DNA from: Candidatus Fermentibacteraceae bacterium
GTDB lineage: Bacteria; Fermentibacterota; Fermentibacteria; Fermentibacterales; JCC-6
Direction: 5' to 3'
Assembly (NCBI GenBank): GCA_041686025.1
Contig: JAWLEP010000007.1
Location: forward strand, 20,290-65,572
Length of the DNA stretch: 45,283 bases
In this document: piece after piece, positions 8,448 through 17,089 of the stretch
How the letters are laid out: each line of letters begins with the position of its first letter
Numbering within the stretch: the first letter of the stretch is position 1
Program-made: the position numbers and the translations under genes
Notes under the pieces: model-generated
What the model saw: only the letters and a program-made list of their open reading frames with translations
Told to the model about the DNA's origin: nothing
Database searches by the model: none

Positions 8448-9740
8448 CTACAGGTAGCCCAGGTCCCGCAGGGCCGGGGCCACATCCATCTCCGAGCGCA
8501 CCGGCGGGTGCCTTCTGGGCGTGGCCCAGTAGCTCTCCAGCTTCGCCAGCAGGGCGGAGTCGGGGGGCAGCGGCCGCTGCTCCAGGGGATCGCTTTCCAG
8601 CCTGTACATGACAGCGCTGTCGGCGGACGGGACCCAGATCACCTTCCTGTCTCCGCTGCGCAGGGCCGCCATCCGGAAGGGCGGGCCGGTGTTCAGGCCG
8701 CTGGCGGGAAGCCGGCGCCTCTTCGAGGGACCGGCGCCCAGCAGGTCCCTTCCGGGCAGGCCGGCGGGGGCCTCCACCCCGGCGGCGGCCAGAATCGTGG
8801 GCAGCAGGTCGAGGTGCGAGACCACGCGTTCGCCCACGCTGTCGGACGGGATGCCGGGGCCGGAGGCGATCATGGGGACCCTGGTGATCTCCTGGTAGAG
8901 GGTCCTGCCGTGCTCCACGTAGCCGTGCTCCAGGAACTCCTCCCCGTGGTCGGCGGTGACCAGCACCAGGGTCTCGTCGGCCAGACCCATCCCCCTGATG
9001 CCGGCCCACAGCCGGGAGAGCTGGGAGTCCGTCCAGGCGATCTCACCGTCGTAGAGGTCCTCCAGGCGCTTCCGGGCGGTAGTGTCGGCGACGGCTCCCG
9101 CGGGGGTGAAGGTCCAGGCCGTGTCCCCCTCCGAAGACGAGGCGTAGAGGGTGTCCCATGGCTGCGGCGGGTCGTAGGGGGAGTGGGGGTCGAATAGGTG
9201 GAGTACCAGCAGGAAGGGCTCATCCCGTTCCGCTTCCCCCTCCAGCCAGGCAAGGGCCCGGTCCACCGACTCCCCGGCCATGCCGTGGCCGGCGCGGCTG
9301 CAGTGGAACCGGTGGAAGCCGCGGTGAAAGCCCATGCGCTCGCTGAGCAGGACCACGTTGAACAGGCCCAGCGTCCGGTAGCCGGCATTCCCCAGCAGGC
9401 TGGCCGCGGTAGGGGCTTCGGGGGACACCATCCACATGGTCCTCTCCCTCACGTTCAGCCTTGCCCCGTGGGCCCTGGGACTGAGGCCGGTGAGGATGGT
9501 GGTCACCGCCGGCAGCGTCCAGGACGACTGGCCCTGGACCCGGGTCCACCGCATACCCTCCGCAGCCAGGCTGTCCAGGCCCGGGGACGTGTCGCGGCCG
9601 TAGCCGTAACAGCCGAGGCGGTCGGCCCGCAGCGTGTCTATGATCACCAGCACCACGTTGGGCCGGGATGGTTCCGGGGACCCGCAGCCGGCCAGCAGCA
9701 GCGCCAGCAGCGCGAAGGCAGCCGTCCTGTGGTGTAGCAT
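8448..9740 (-). CDS. Sulfatase-like lipoprotein
   Basis: Lipobox LLAGC; PNVVLVIIDTLRAD; WTLPA...ILTG; DPHSPY; YDGEI; TADHGEEF; LRDLGYL end. Confidence 0.85.
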   Translation of the reverse strand: MLHHRTAAFALLALLLAGCGSPEPSRPNVVLVIIDTLRADRLGCYGYGRDTSPGLDSLAAEGMRWTRVQGQSSWTLPAVTTILTGLSPRAHGARLNVRERTMWMVSPEAPTAASLLGNAGYRTLGLFNVVLLSERMGFHRGFHRFHCSRAGHGMAGESVDRALAWLEGEAERDEPFLLVLHLFDPHSPYDPPQPWDTLYASSSEGDTAWTFTPAGAVADTTARKRLEDLYDGEIAWTDSQLSRLWAGIRGMGLADETLVLVTADHGEEFLEHGYVEHGRTLYQEITRVPMIASGPGIPSDSVGERVVSHLDLLPTILAAAGVEAPAGLPGRDLLGAGPSKRRRLPASGLNTGPPFRMAALRSGDRKVIWVPSADSAVMYRLESDPLEQRPLPPDSALLAKLESYWATPRRHPPVRSEMDVAPALRDLGYL

Positions 9741-9881
9741 TGCATCCCGTTCGCCTGGAGGAACATGGACCGGACCCGGACTGCCGCTGGCGGAGGGGCC
9801 CACACTCTCGCCGGCCTGGACAACAGGCATAGTAGGTAACAGCATCGGTGCGCAAGGGTTTCATATCACTGAAGGGAAGAC

Positions 9882-10280
9882 ATGGCCGGCAGAGAAGATG
9901 AGGTGCGGGGTCTGAAGAACAGGCTCAGCCCGCTGCAGTTCCACGTCACCCAGGAGAAGGGAACCGAGCCCCCGTTCCGCAACCGCTACTGCCGCAGCGA
10001 CGACGACGGCTCCTACCGCTGCATCTGCTGCGGGGCGGTGCTGTTCGCCTCCGACGACAAGTACCACTCCGGCTCCGGATGGCCCAGCTTCAGCAGGCCG
10101 GCGGAGGAGGACGGGGTCGAGGAGAGGCCGGACGACTCCCACGGCATGCGGCGCACCGAGGTCGTGTGCAGCAGCTGCGGCGCCCACCTGGGCCACGTCT
10201 TCGAGGACGGCCCCGAGCCCACCGGGCTTCGCTACTGCATCAACTCCGCCGCCCTGGACTTCGAGCCGGAGAAGGAGTAG
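9882..10280 (+). CDS. msrB: Peptide-methionine (R)-S-oxide reductase
   Basis: GTEPPF, SGSGWPSF, HLGHVFEDGP, RYCINS, two Zn-binding CxxC. Confidence 0.95.
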   Translation: MAGREDEVRGLKNRLSPLQFHVTQEKGTEPPFRNRYCRSDDDGSYRCICCGAVLFASDDKYHSGSGWPSFSRPAEEDGVEERPDDSHGMRRTEVVCSSCGAHLGHVFEDGPEPTGLRYCINSAALDFEPEKE

Positions 10281-10286
10281 CAGGAC

Positions 10287-12140
10287 CTAGTCCTGGTCGG
10301 AGAGCCACCTCTCGATGCCCTCCGCGGCGGCCTTGGCGTCGCGTATGGCCGTCACGGCGTCCATGTTCAGGTTGACTATGTCGCCGCCGGCGAACACGCC
10401 CGGAATGGAGGTCATTCCCCCCTCGTCCACTTTCACCTTCCTGGCGGTGGTGAACTCCAGCCTCTCGCGAAGCTCCCCGGGCAGGAAGGAGAAGTCCGGC
10501 CCCTGGCCGATGGCCTCGATAACCATGTCCGTCTCCAGGACCATCTCCCGCTCCTCGTCGAAGGTGGGGCTGAACCTGCCGTTTTCGTCGAATACCGACA
10601 GGCACTTCATGCACAGCAGACCCCTGACGTCACCGCCCTCGTCCAGTATCACTCCCTTGGGTCCCCAGGCGGGATTGAACAGCACGCCCTCCTCCCGGGC
10701 CTCGGCGATCTCCTCCTCGGTGGCCGGCAACTCGTCCCGGTCCTCCAGGGACACCGTCTGCACCCGGGTACGCTCCCCGGGATGCTGAATGGCCTGCAGC
10801 CGCAGGGCCTCCCTGGCCACGTCCATGGCCACGTTGCCGCCGCCTATAACCACTATATCCTTACCCACCGGGGTCCTGTCGGGGGTCTTGTTGCGGCGCA
10901 GGAAATCCAGGGCCAGCAGGCACCTCTCGGCGTTCTCCACTCTGGTTGAACGGCTTACAGTGTAGCCTATTCCCAGGAAGACCGCGTCGCAGCCGTTCAT
11001 GACCTCGGAGAAGTCGATGTCCCTTCCCACCCGGGTCCCGTAGCGGAACTCCACCCCCAGCGAGGATATGTGGTCCACGTCCCGCTGGATGCTCTCCAGG
11101 GGCAGGCGGTAACGGGGCGGTCCGTCACGGACAATGCCGCCTCCGGCGGGACGCTCGTCGAAGACCACCACCTCATGGCCCTGCAGTCGCAGGAAGTAGG
11201 CCAGCGACAGGCCGCTGGGGCCGGCTCCGATCACTGCGATCTTCCTGCCGGTGGGCTCGCCCGGCCGCTGCCGCAGCGCGTCACGGTAGTCCCTCACGGT
11301 GTCGGCCGCGTACCTCTTCAGCCAGCGGATGGCCAGGGGCTCGCCCCGTATGCTCAGCGAGCAGGCGTCCTCGCAGTGCTTCATGCATATCCTGCCGCAT
11401 ATGGCCGGTATGGGGTTGTCCCGGAAGATGGTCCGCAGCGACTCCTCGGGGTCGTCGCGGTAGATGGCCTCCACGTAGTCGGATATCTTCAGGTTTGCCG
11501 GACAGGCGTCCTCGCACAGGGCGCACTCCAGGCACCTCTCCGACTCCCGGACCGCCTGCCCGCGGTCGTAGCCCAGAACCTGCTCGATGAAGGACGTCTT
11601 CCGTTTCTCCGGGGGCACCTCCGGCATCTCCACCCTCTGGGGGTCGAAGAGGGCGAAGTCCAGGTCGGGGTCGAAGCCCTGGTAGTCCCTCCTGCGGTGG
11701 GCCAGGCTGGCCTTCAGCACCGAGTACTCGCCCTCGGGGAGGTAGGTCTCGTCGTCGGTCTTCTCGTCCCGGGGGGTGAACACGAAGGTCTTGGGGTCGA
11801 AGTGTATGTGGAAGTAGTCGCGGGAGAGCCGCAGGGAGCCCGGAGGGCAGATGTCCACGCACAGACCGCAGAAGCAGCACCTTCCGTAGTCCAGACGGGG
11901 ACGCTCGTTCTTCTCCCCCGGCTCCGCCTCGACCTCCGGCTGCTCCACCATCTCTATGGCGTCGTTGGGGCATATGTCGGCGCAGTTGCCGCATCCGGTG
12001 CACTTGTCCCAGTCGTTGAGGTGGAAGCCACGGTAGCGTCGGGCCGGCTCTTTGGGCTCGAAGGGGTAGCGGAGGGTCTTGGGCTTCTGAAGCAGGAACC
12101 TGACGGCCCGGAGCGGTCCCAGTATGCTCGGCTTTCCCAT
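10287..12140 (-). CDS. MbxN/NuoI-like 2x[4Fe-4S] domain fused to a GltD-like FAD/NAD(P)H oxidoreductase
   Basis: CTGCGNCADICP and CCFCGLCVDICP; RCLEC..CEDACP and ICGRIC..HCEDAC; GAGPSG; GGGNVAMD; GVFAGGD. Confidence 0.9.
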   Translation of the reverse strand: MGKPSILGPLRAVRFLLQKPKTLRYPFEPKEPARRYRGFHLNDWDKCTGCGNCADICPNDAIEMVEQPEVEAEPGEKNERPRLDYGRCCFCGLCVDICPPGSLRLSRDYFHIHFDPKTFVFTPRDEKTDDETYLPEGEYSVLKASLAHRRRDYQGFDPDLDFALFDPQRVEMPEVPPEKRKTSFIEQVLGYDRGQAVRESERCLECALCEDACPANLKISDYVEAIYRDDPEESLRTIFRDNPIPAICGRICMKHCEDACSLSIRGEPLAIRWLKRYAADTVRDYRDALRQRPGEPTGRKIAVIGAGPSGLSLAYFLRLQGHEVVVFDERPAGGGIVRDGPPRYRLPLESIQRDVDHISSLGVEFRYGTRVGRDIDFSEVMNGCDAVFLGIGYTVSRSTRVENAERCLLALDFLRRNKTPDRTPVGKDIVVIGGGNVAMDVAREALRLQAIQHPGERTRVQTVSLEDRDELPATEEEIAEAREEGVLFNPAWGPKGVILDEGGDVRGLLCMKCLSVFDENGRFSPTFDEEREMVLETDMVIEAIGQGPDFSFLPGELRERLEFTTARKVKVDEGGMTSIPGVFAGGDIVNLNMDAVTAIRDAKAAAEGIERWLSDQD

Positions 12141-12169
12141 GGCTCTTGCTCACTCCATTCCAGGTGCTC

Positions 12170-13267
12170 TCATCTGTCTATCTCCGGGGCCACCACGTAG
12201 AGGCTGATCATGATGTTGCCCACGTCGGAAATGCTCTCGCCCCTGAGGGCGTCCTCCAGGACGGTGAGGCCGTGGGGGAAGGAGGGGGTCCGGAAGTGGG
12301 CCCGGTAGGGCCTTTCGCCTCCGTCGCTCACCAGGTAGAGGCCCAGTTCGCCCCTGGACGATTCGCACCTCACGTAGGTCTCCCCGGCGGGTATGCGCCA
12401 CTTGAAGGGGTTGGGAATCCGGTTGTAGACATCCCCGCCGGGCATCTCGTCGAGGAGCTTGAAGATCATGTGGACGCTCTCTATCATCTCGTCGCGGACC
12501 ACCAGTATGCGGGAGCAGGCGTCGCCGTCCTCCCGGGTAGGTACCTCCCAGGGCACGCGGTCGTAGGCGGCGTAGGGCTCGATCTTCCGCACGTCGTACG
12601 GAACCCCCGTTGCCCGGAGCACCTGTCCGGTGCCCCCCATGCCCAGCGCCTCTTCCCGGGTTACGGTACCGATGTTCCGCGCCCGGTCGCGGAAGAGGCG
12701 GTTCTCGAAGAAGGTGCCGTTGTAGTCCGGCACGCAGCCGCCTATGGAGTGCAGCGTCTCCACCAGCCTCTTCTCGAAGCCCTCCGGGAAGTCCCTGCGG
12801 ACCCCGCCGGGCCAGATGTAGATGTGGTATACCCTGCCTCCGGTGAGCTCCTCGAAGAGGTCCAGCACCAGGTCCCGGTGGTACATGGCCCACTGGGCCA
12901 CCGTATCGAAGCCCAGCATGTTGGCGTAGGCCCAGAGGCCGAAGAGGTGCGAACCCACCCTGGCCAGCTCCAGGTAGATGCTGCGCACGAACTGGGCCCT
13001 CTCGGGGACCTGCAGACCGGCCAGGCTCTCCACCCCCATGGCGTAGATCATCTCCATGGAGTCCGGCTCAATCACGTTCATCCTGCAGACCATGGGGAAG
13101 TTCTTTATCCAGCTGCGCTGCTCCATCAGCTTCTCGAAGCCCCGGTGGAGGTACCCGGGGTTGGCCGCCGCCTCCAGCACCCGGTCGCCCTCCACCTTCA
13201 GGGTGATGCTGAAGTTGCCCACCATCCCCAGGTGCTGGGGGCCGAAGTAGAGCTCCAACTCCCTCAT
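12170..13267 (-). CDS. mbxL: MbxL/NuoD-like large subunit without NiFe ligands
   Basis: FGPQH, GYLHRGFEKLME, GGVRRD, ESSRGE, C-terminal APEIDR. Confidence 0.85.
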   Translation of the reverse strand: MRELELYFGPQHLGMVGNFSITLKVEGDRVLEAAANPGYLHRGFEKLMEQRSWIKNFPMVCRMNVIEPDSMEMIYAMGVESLAGLQVPERAQFVRSIYLELARVGSHLFGLWAYANMLGFDTVAQWAMYHRDLVLDLFEELTGGRVYHIYIWPGGVRRDFPEGFEKRLVETLHSIGGCVPDYNGTFFENRLFRDRARNIGTVTREEALGMGGTGQVLRATGVPYDVRKIEPYAAYDRVPWEVPTREDGDACSRILVVRDEMIESVHMIFKLLDEMPGGDVYNRIPNPFKWRIPAGETYVRCESSRGELGLYLVSDGGERPYRAHFRTPSFPHGLTVLEDALRGESISDVGNIMISLYVVAPEIDR

Positions 13268-13782
13268 GTCCGCTCACCGTCCCCGTCGCCCACCGGGGGC
13301 ACGCGTCCGAAGAAGTCCTCCACGTACTGCCTGGTGTCGAAGTCCTTGCGGAAGGGGGGCGTCTCGTAGTGCCGGTCCAGGAACAGGGGTGTCAGCCGGG
13401 GATGGCCCTCGAAGCGGACCCCGAACAGCTCGTGGATCTCCCTCTCGTAGGGCTCGGCGCACTCGAAGAGGCGGATGGCCGAGACCGCTACCGGACGATT
13501 CCGGGGCACCCGGCAGCCCACCATCACCACGTCCCGGTGCTCCTCCTCGAAGGACCCTCCGAGGTTGTAGGCCGAGAGTATGTAGACCAGCTCGAGCTCT
13601 TTCTGCTCGGGCCAGTCCACGCAGGAGACCATGTGCAGGTGGTCGAAACCCCTGTCCACCAGTGCGCTCAGCAGGGAGAGCACCGACCCCCGGTCCACCA
13701 GCAGCCTCTTGCCGCCGTCCCGGGAAGGCTCGATGTCGAGTCCGTCGAAGGCCTCCTCCAGCCCCTGAAGCCTCCGGTCCAT
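13264..13782 (-). CDS. mbxK: MbxK/NuoC-like subunit
   Basis: YEREIHELFGVRFEGHP; PPFRKDF. Confidence 0.85.
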   Translation of the reverse strand: MDRRLQGLEEAFDGLDIEPSRDGGKRLLVDRGSVLSLLSALVDRGFDHLHMVSCVDWPEQKELELVYILSAYNLGGSFEEEHRDVVMVGCRVPRNRPVAVSAIRLFECAEPYEREIHELFGVRFEGHPRLTPLFLDRHYETPPFRKDFDTRQYVEDFFGRVPPVGDGDGERT

Positions 13783-14336
13783 CACTCCCCCTCCCCGCCG
13801 AACAGGGGGGGCCATCCCAGCTCTCCCAGGACCATCTCCTGGTTGGCGCGGTAAGCGGCATAGTTCCTGCGGTAGCGCCGGTAGCCGTCGGCCATGTCCT
13901 TGTCGATGAGGGTCCAGAGGTGGGTCACCGCCACGAATATGGCCTCCGGCCTGGGCATGCAGCCGGCTATCCATCCGTCCACGGGGATGTAGCGGTCGAG
14001 GTGCTTTATGGTGTTGTAGGAGTCCCAGTACATGCCGCCGTTGATGGGGCAGGATCCGAATCCCACCGTGTACTTGGGCTCAGGCATCTGCTCGTAGGTG
14101 CGAATGATGGCCTTCAGCGTCTTCAGCGATACGTAGCCCGTGATCAGGAAGAGGTTGGCCTGCCGGGGGCTGGCCGCCGGGGTGACTCCGAACCTCTCGG
14201 CGTCCCATCGGGCCGTTATCGAGGGGGGCACCTCGATGATTCCGCAGCCCGTGCAGAAGTACACGGCGTGCAGGGAGTACTTGTGCCCCATCTTCGCCGG
14301 TTCCTTCAGCCATTTTATGAGCTGGTTCCGATCCAT
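13782..14336 (-). CDS. mbxJ: MbxJ/NuoB-like [4Fe-4S] subunit
   Basis: FCTGCGIIE, SPRQA, GSCPINGG, GCMPRPE. Confidence 0.9.
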   Translation of the reverse strand: MDRNQLIKWLKEPAKMGHKYSLHAVYFCTGCGIIEVPPSITARWDAERFGVTPAASPRQANLFLITGYVSLKTLKAIIRTYEQMPEPKYTVGFGSCPINGGMYWDSYNTIKHLDRYIPVDGWIAGCMPRPEAIFVAVTHLWTLIDKDMADGYRRYRRNYAAYRANQEMVLGELGWPPLFGGEGE

Positions 14337-14339
14337 CCC

Positions 14340-15236
14340 CTACCTCCCGGTCACAACTGTCAGAACGAGCCCGGCCAGGGCCAGCAGTGTCGGCCATCGC
14401 CAGAGGTAGCCTATGGCCTGCTCCACCCTGAACCGCGGGAAGGAGGCGTTTACGAACAGGCACAGGGCCAGTACCACCAGGACCTTGACAAGGAACACGA
14501 AGGGGTTTGCGGCTCCGCCCAGCGCCAGGTTCACGAAGAGCGAGGCGCCGATGTACATGCTCAGGCCGTGCTGCATGGTGGCCAGGGCCAGGTACGGCCC
14601 CCCCAGCTCCACCTGTGGCCCGGAGGATATCTCCTGGGCCGCTCCCGCCACCTCGAAGGGCCTCAGCCCCAGTATCGCCGGGAGCACCATCAGGTAGGCG
14701 ATGCCCGACACCACCAGGGGGAACGACGCGATGGACCATGCCCCTGCCCTCTGCTGCTGCACGATGGAGACGATGGAGATGGTGTCGAACCTGGTCATCA
14801 CGGCCAGCAGAACCAGAAGCAGGGGCAGCTCGTAGCCCATGGCCAGCATGAGCTTCCTGGACACCCCGATGCTGGCGTTGGGGTTGGCGGAGGCTCCCCC
14901 GCTGAGGGCCATGCCCAGCGGCCCCAGCAGCATCATGTAGAGTATCACCAGCATCCCCCCGGAGCCGCTCATGGGCGCGATGTTTCCCAGGGGGAGGAAG
15001 AGGGTGATAACCAGAGATCCCGCCAGGGAGAGGACCAGGCCCAGGTCGAACAGCGCTCCATGGCTTGCGCTGCGCTGGCTGAAGAGCCTGATTATGTCTA
15101 TCAGCGGCTGGGTCACCGGGGGACCGTAGCGCCAGTGGATCCGGGCCATGATCTTGCGGGCCAGGCCCAGGAAGAGCAGCCCGGCCAGCAGGGCGATCAA
15201 CGGAGACAGGAAGTACCACAGAACGTTCATAGCCAT
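14340..15236 (-). CDS. mbxM: MbxM/NuoH-like membrane subunit
   Basis: RKIMARIHWRYGPP..QP..D; PF...AQEI.SG; FPRFR. Confidence 0.88.
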   Translation of the reverse strand: MAMNVLWYFLSPLIALLAGLLFLGLARKIMARIHWRYGPPVTQPLIDIIRLFSQRSASHGALFDLGLVLSLAGSLVITLFLPLGNIAPMSGSGGMLVILYMMLLGPLGMALSGGASANPNASIGVSRKLMLAMGYELPLLLVLLAVMTRFDTISIVSIVQQQRAGAWSIASFPLVVSGIAYLMVLPAILGLRPFEVAGAAQEISSGPQVELGGPYLALATMQHGLSMYIGASLFVNLALGGAANPFVFLVKVLVVLALCLFVNASFPRFRVEQAIGYLWRWPTLLALAGLVLTVVTGR

Positions 15237-17089
15237 GGGCTCCAGGTGATCTGGACGAATATCAGCGCGGCCAGGAAGAGCAGTATGTAGAGCACGTAGC
15301 TGCCCACGTATCCGGTGTAGAGCTTCCGGAACGCGTCCGAGACCAGGGCCGTTCTCCTGGCCAGGCCCACCAGCAGGGCGTCCGCCGCGTCACCGGCCCA
15401 GGGTCCGATGATCCTCCGCAGGGGGCCGTAGAAGTCGGCGGTGAAGTTGTAGCGCTGCCGGGGCACGGCCATGCCGGCGGCGTAGCTGTCATCCTGGTCC
15501 ACCCGCACCGACCGCCCCAGGCCCCGCCACAGGGCCCAGACCGCGAAGACGCCTGCAACGATTGCGGCCAGCAGGTTCACCACGTTCAGCGTGCCCGTGT
15601 CCGTGGTGATTCCCCAGACGCTGAGGCCCAGGGAGCCGAAGCCCATGGAGACCCCGGCGGCGCTGACGGCTGAGAGGGGGATGCCGGGCAGCACCCCGAA
15701 AACCAGCACCAGCGCGGTGAGGACCAGTATGGGGAGGGCCATGGTGAAGGGAACCCTGCGCACCTCCGCGAAGCGGTCGGGAAGCCGGCCCAGGAAGATG
15801 TTGTGCAGGAACTTGTAGCCGTAGAGGATGGTGCCCCAGGTGCCCAGGAAGGCGGCGAAGGCCAGGAAGGGGCGTCCCTCTGACAGCAGTGACTTGTAGA
15901 TGATCCACTTGGAAACGAAACCGTTGGTCAGCGGCACCCCGATGACGCCCATCACCCCCGCCATGGCGCCGGTGAAGGCTACGGGCATCCTTCTCATGAG
16001 GCCCCCCAGGGCGTTGAGGTCCCGGGTCCCTCCGGTTCTGTGCTCCACCGCGCCGGCTACGAAGAACAGCAGCGCGCTGAGCAGGCAGTAGTTGAGGAAG
16101 TGGAAAACCCCGCCGGCCACTCCCAGCTCCGTGGCCAGGGAGGACGCCAGGACCATGTAGCCCCCCTGCCCCACGGTGCTCCAGGCGAGAATGCGCTTGG
16201 AGTCGTCCTGCACCAGGGCCCGGAAGGCGGCGAAGACCACGGTAATTGCCCCTATCCAGGCCATCACGTTCAGGTAGCTCAAAGCTCCCCAGGCCAGCCT
16301 CTGCAGAAGCCCCGTCCCCAGCAGGACGTAGACCAGCAGGTACAGGCCGTACAGACCCTTTCTCACCAGCACCCCCGAGAGCACCGACGAGAAGGGAGAG
16401 AAGGCCTCGGCGTGGGCGTCGGGCAGCCATCCGTGGAAGGGCCAAAGAGCGTTTATCACCAGGAATCCGGCGGACATGAGAACGGTGACGAAGAGCACGT
16501 ATCCCAGCGGAGCGGCCCCCAGCAGCTCGGCCAGCCGGGGTATGGTCAGGGTGTCGAACCGCGCGTGGAGGCTCAGTATGGCCACCAGCATGGCCAGGGA
16601 GCCGGCCAGGGCCATCACCATGTACTTCAGGCCGGCGGATATGGCCCTGCCGGTGCCCTTGAGGCTGATCAGGAGGACCGTGCTCCAGCTCACCAGCTCC
16701 CAGCAGATAAAGAAGGTGAGCAGGTCGCCGGCCACCACGGTTCCCAGCATGGCGGCGTTGATGAGCAGCAGTGTGAAGTAGTAGTAGTCCAGCCGGGACC
16801 TGCCCCTCATGTAGCGCAGCGAGAAGATCACCGACAGAAGGCCCGTCCCCAGTATCAGCACGGCGAACAGCCAGGAGAGCATGTTCATTCTCACCGAGAG
16901 CCGCAGACCCATGAAACCCAGGGGCAGAAGTCGCTGGAAGCTCTGGCCGTGCATCAGGCATACGGCCACGAACATCCCCAAGGCCAGCAAGACGGCAAGG
17001 CCGTTGCGGAGCCGGGCCGAGACCTTGCCCAGCAGCCAGGTGAGCAGCGCTCCCCCGAAGCCGGCCAGCAGAACCATCTCCAGGGTCAT
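15227..17089 (-). CDS. MbxH'-like (MrpA/D-type) antiporter subunit
   Basis: FFICWELVSW, WLPDAH, GVPLTNGFVSKW; extended C-terminus. Confidence 0.88.
   Translation of the reverse strand: MTLEMVLLAGFGGALLTWLLGKVSARLRNGLAVLLALGMFVAVCLMHGQSFQRLLPLGFMGLRLSVRMNMLSWLFAVLILGTGLLSVIFSLRYMRGRSRLDYYYFTLLLINAAMLGTVVAGDLLTFFICWELVSWSTVLLISLKGTGRAISAGLKYMVMALAGSLAMLVAILSLHARFDTLTIPRLAELLGAAPLGYVLFVTVLMSAGFLVINALWPFHGWLPDAHAEAFSPFSSVLSGVLVRKGLYGLYLLVYVLLGTGLLQRLAWGALSYLNVMAWIGAITVVFAAFRALVQDDSKRILAWSTVGQGGYMVLASSLATELGVAGGVFHFLNYCLLSALLFFVAGAVEHRTGGTRDLNALGGLMRRMPVAFTGAMAGVMGVIGVPLTNGFVSKWIIYKSLLSEGRPFLAFAAFLGTWGTILYGYKFLHNIFLGRLPDRFAEVRRVPFTMALPILVLTALVLVFGVLPGIPLSAVSAAGVSMGFGSLGLSVWGITTDTGTLNVVNLLAAIVAGVFAVWALWRGLGRSVRVDQDDSYAAGMAVPRQRYNFTADFYGPLRRIIGPWAGDAADALLVGLARRTALVSDAFRKLYTGYVGSYVLYILLFLAALIFVQITWSPWL

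Noticed and set aside
9882..10280. Selenocysteine form of MsrB
   Set aside because: The catalytic residue is TGC (RYCINS) and there is no in-frame TGA
12170..14336. Group 4 [NiFe] hydrogenase (Mbh/Ech)
   Set aside because: The large subunit has no CxxC nickel ligands at either end, and no maturation protease is nearby
13266..15290. Long antisense or alternate-frame ORFs (also 2906-4258, 29963-31618, 31862-33754, 34494-36224, 43335-44924)
   Set aside because: Shadow ORFs expected at high GC; they overlap well-supported genes and lack motifs
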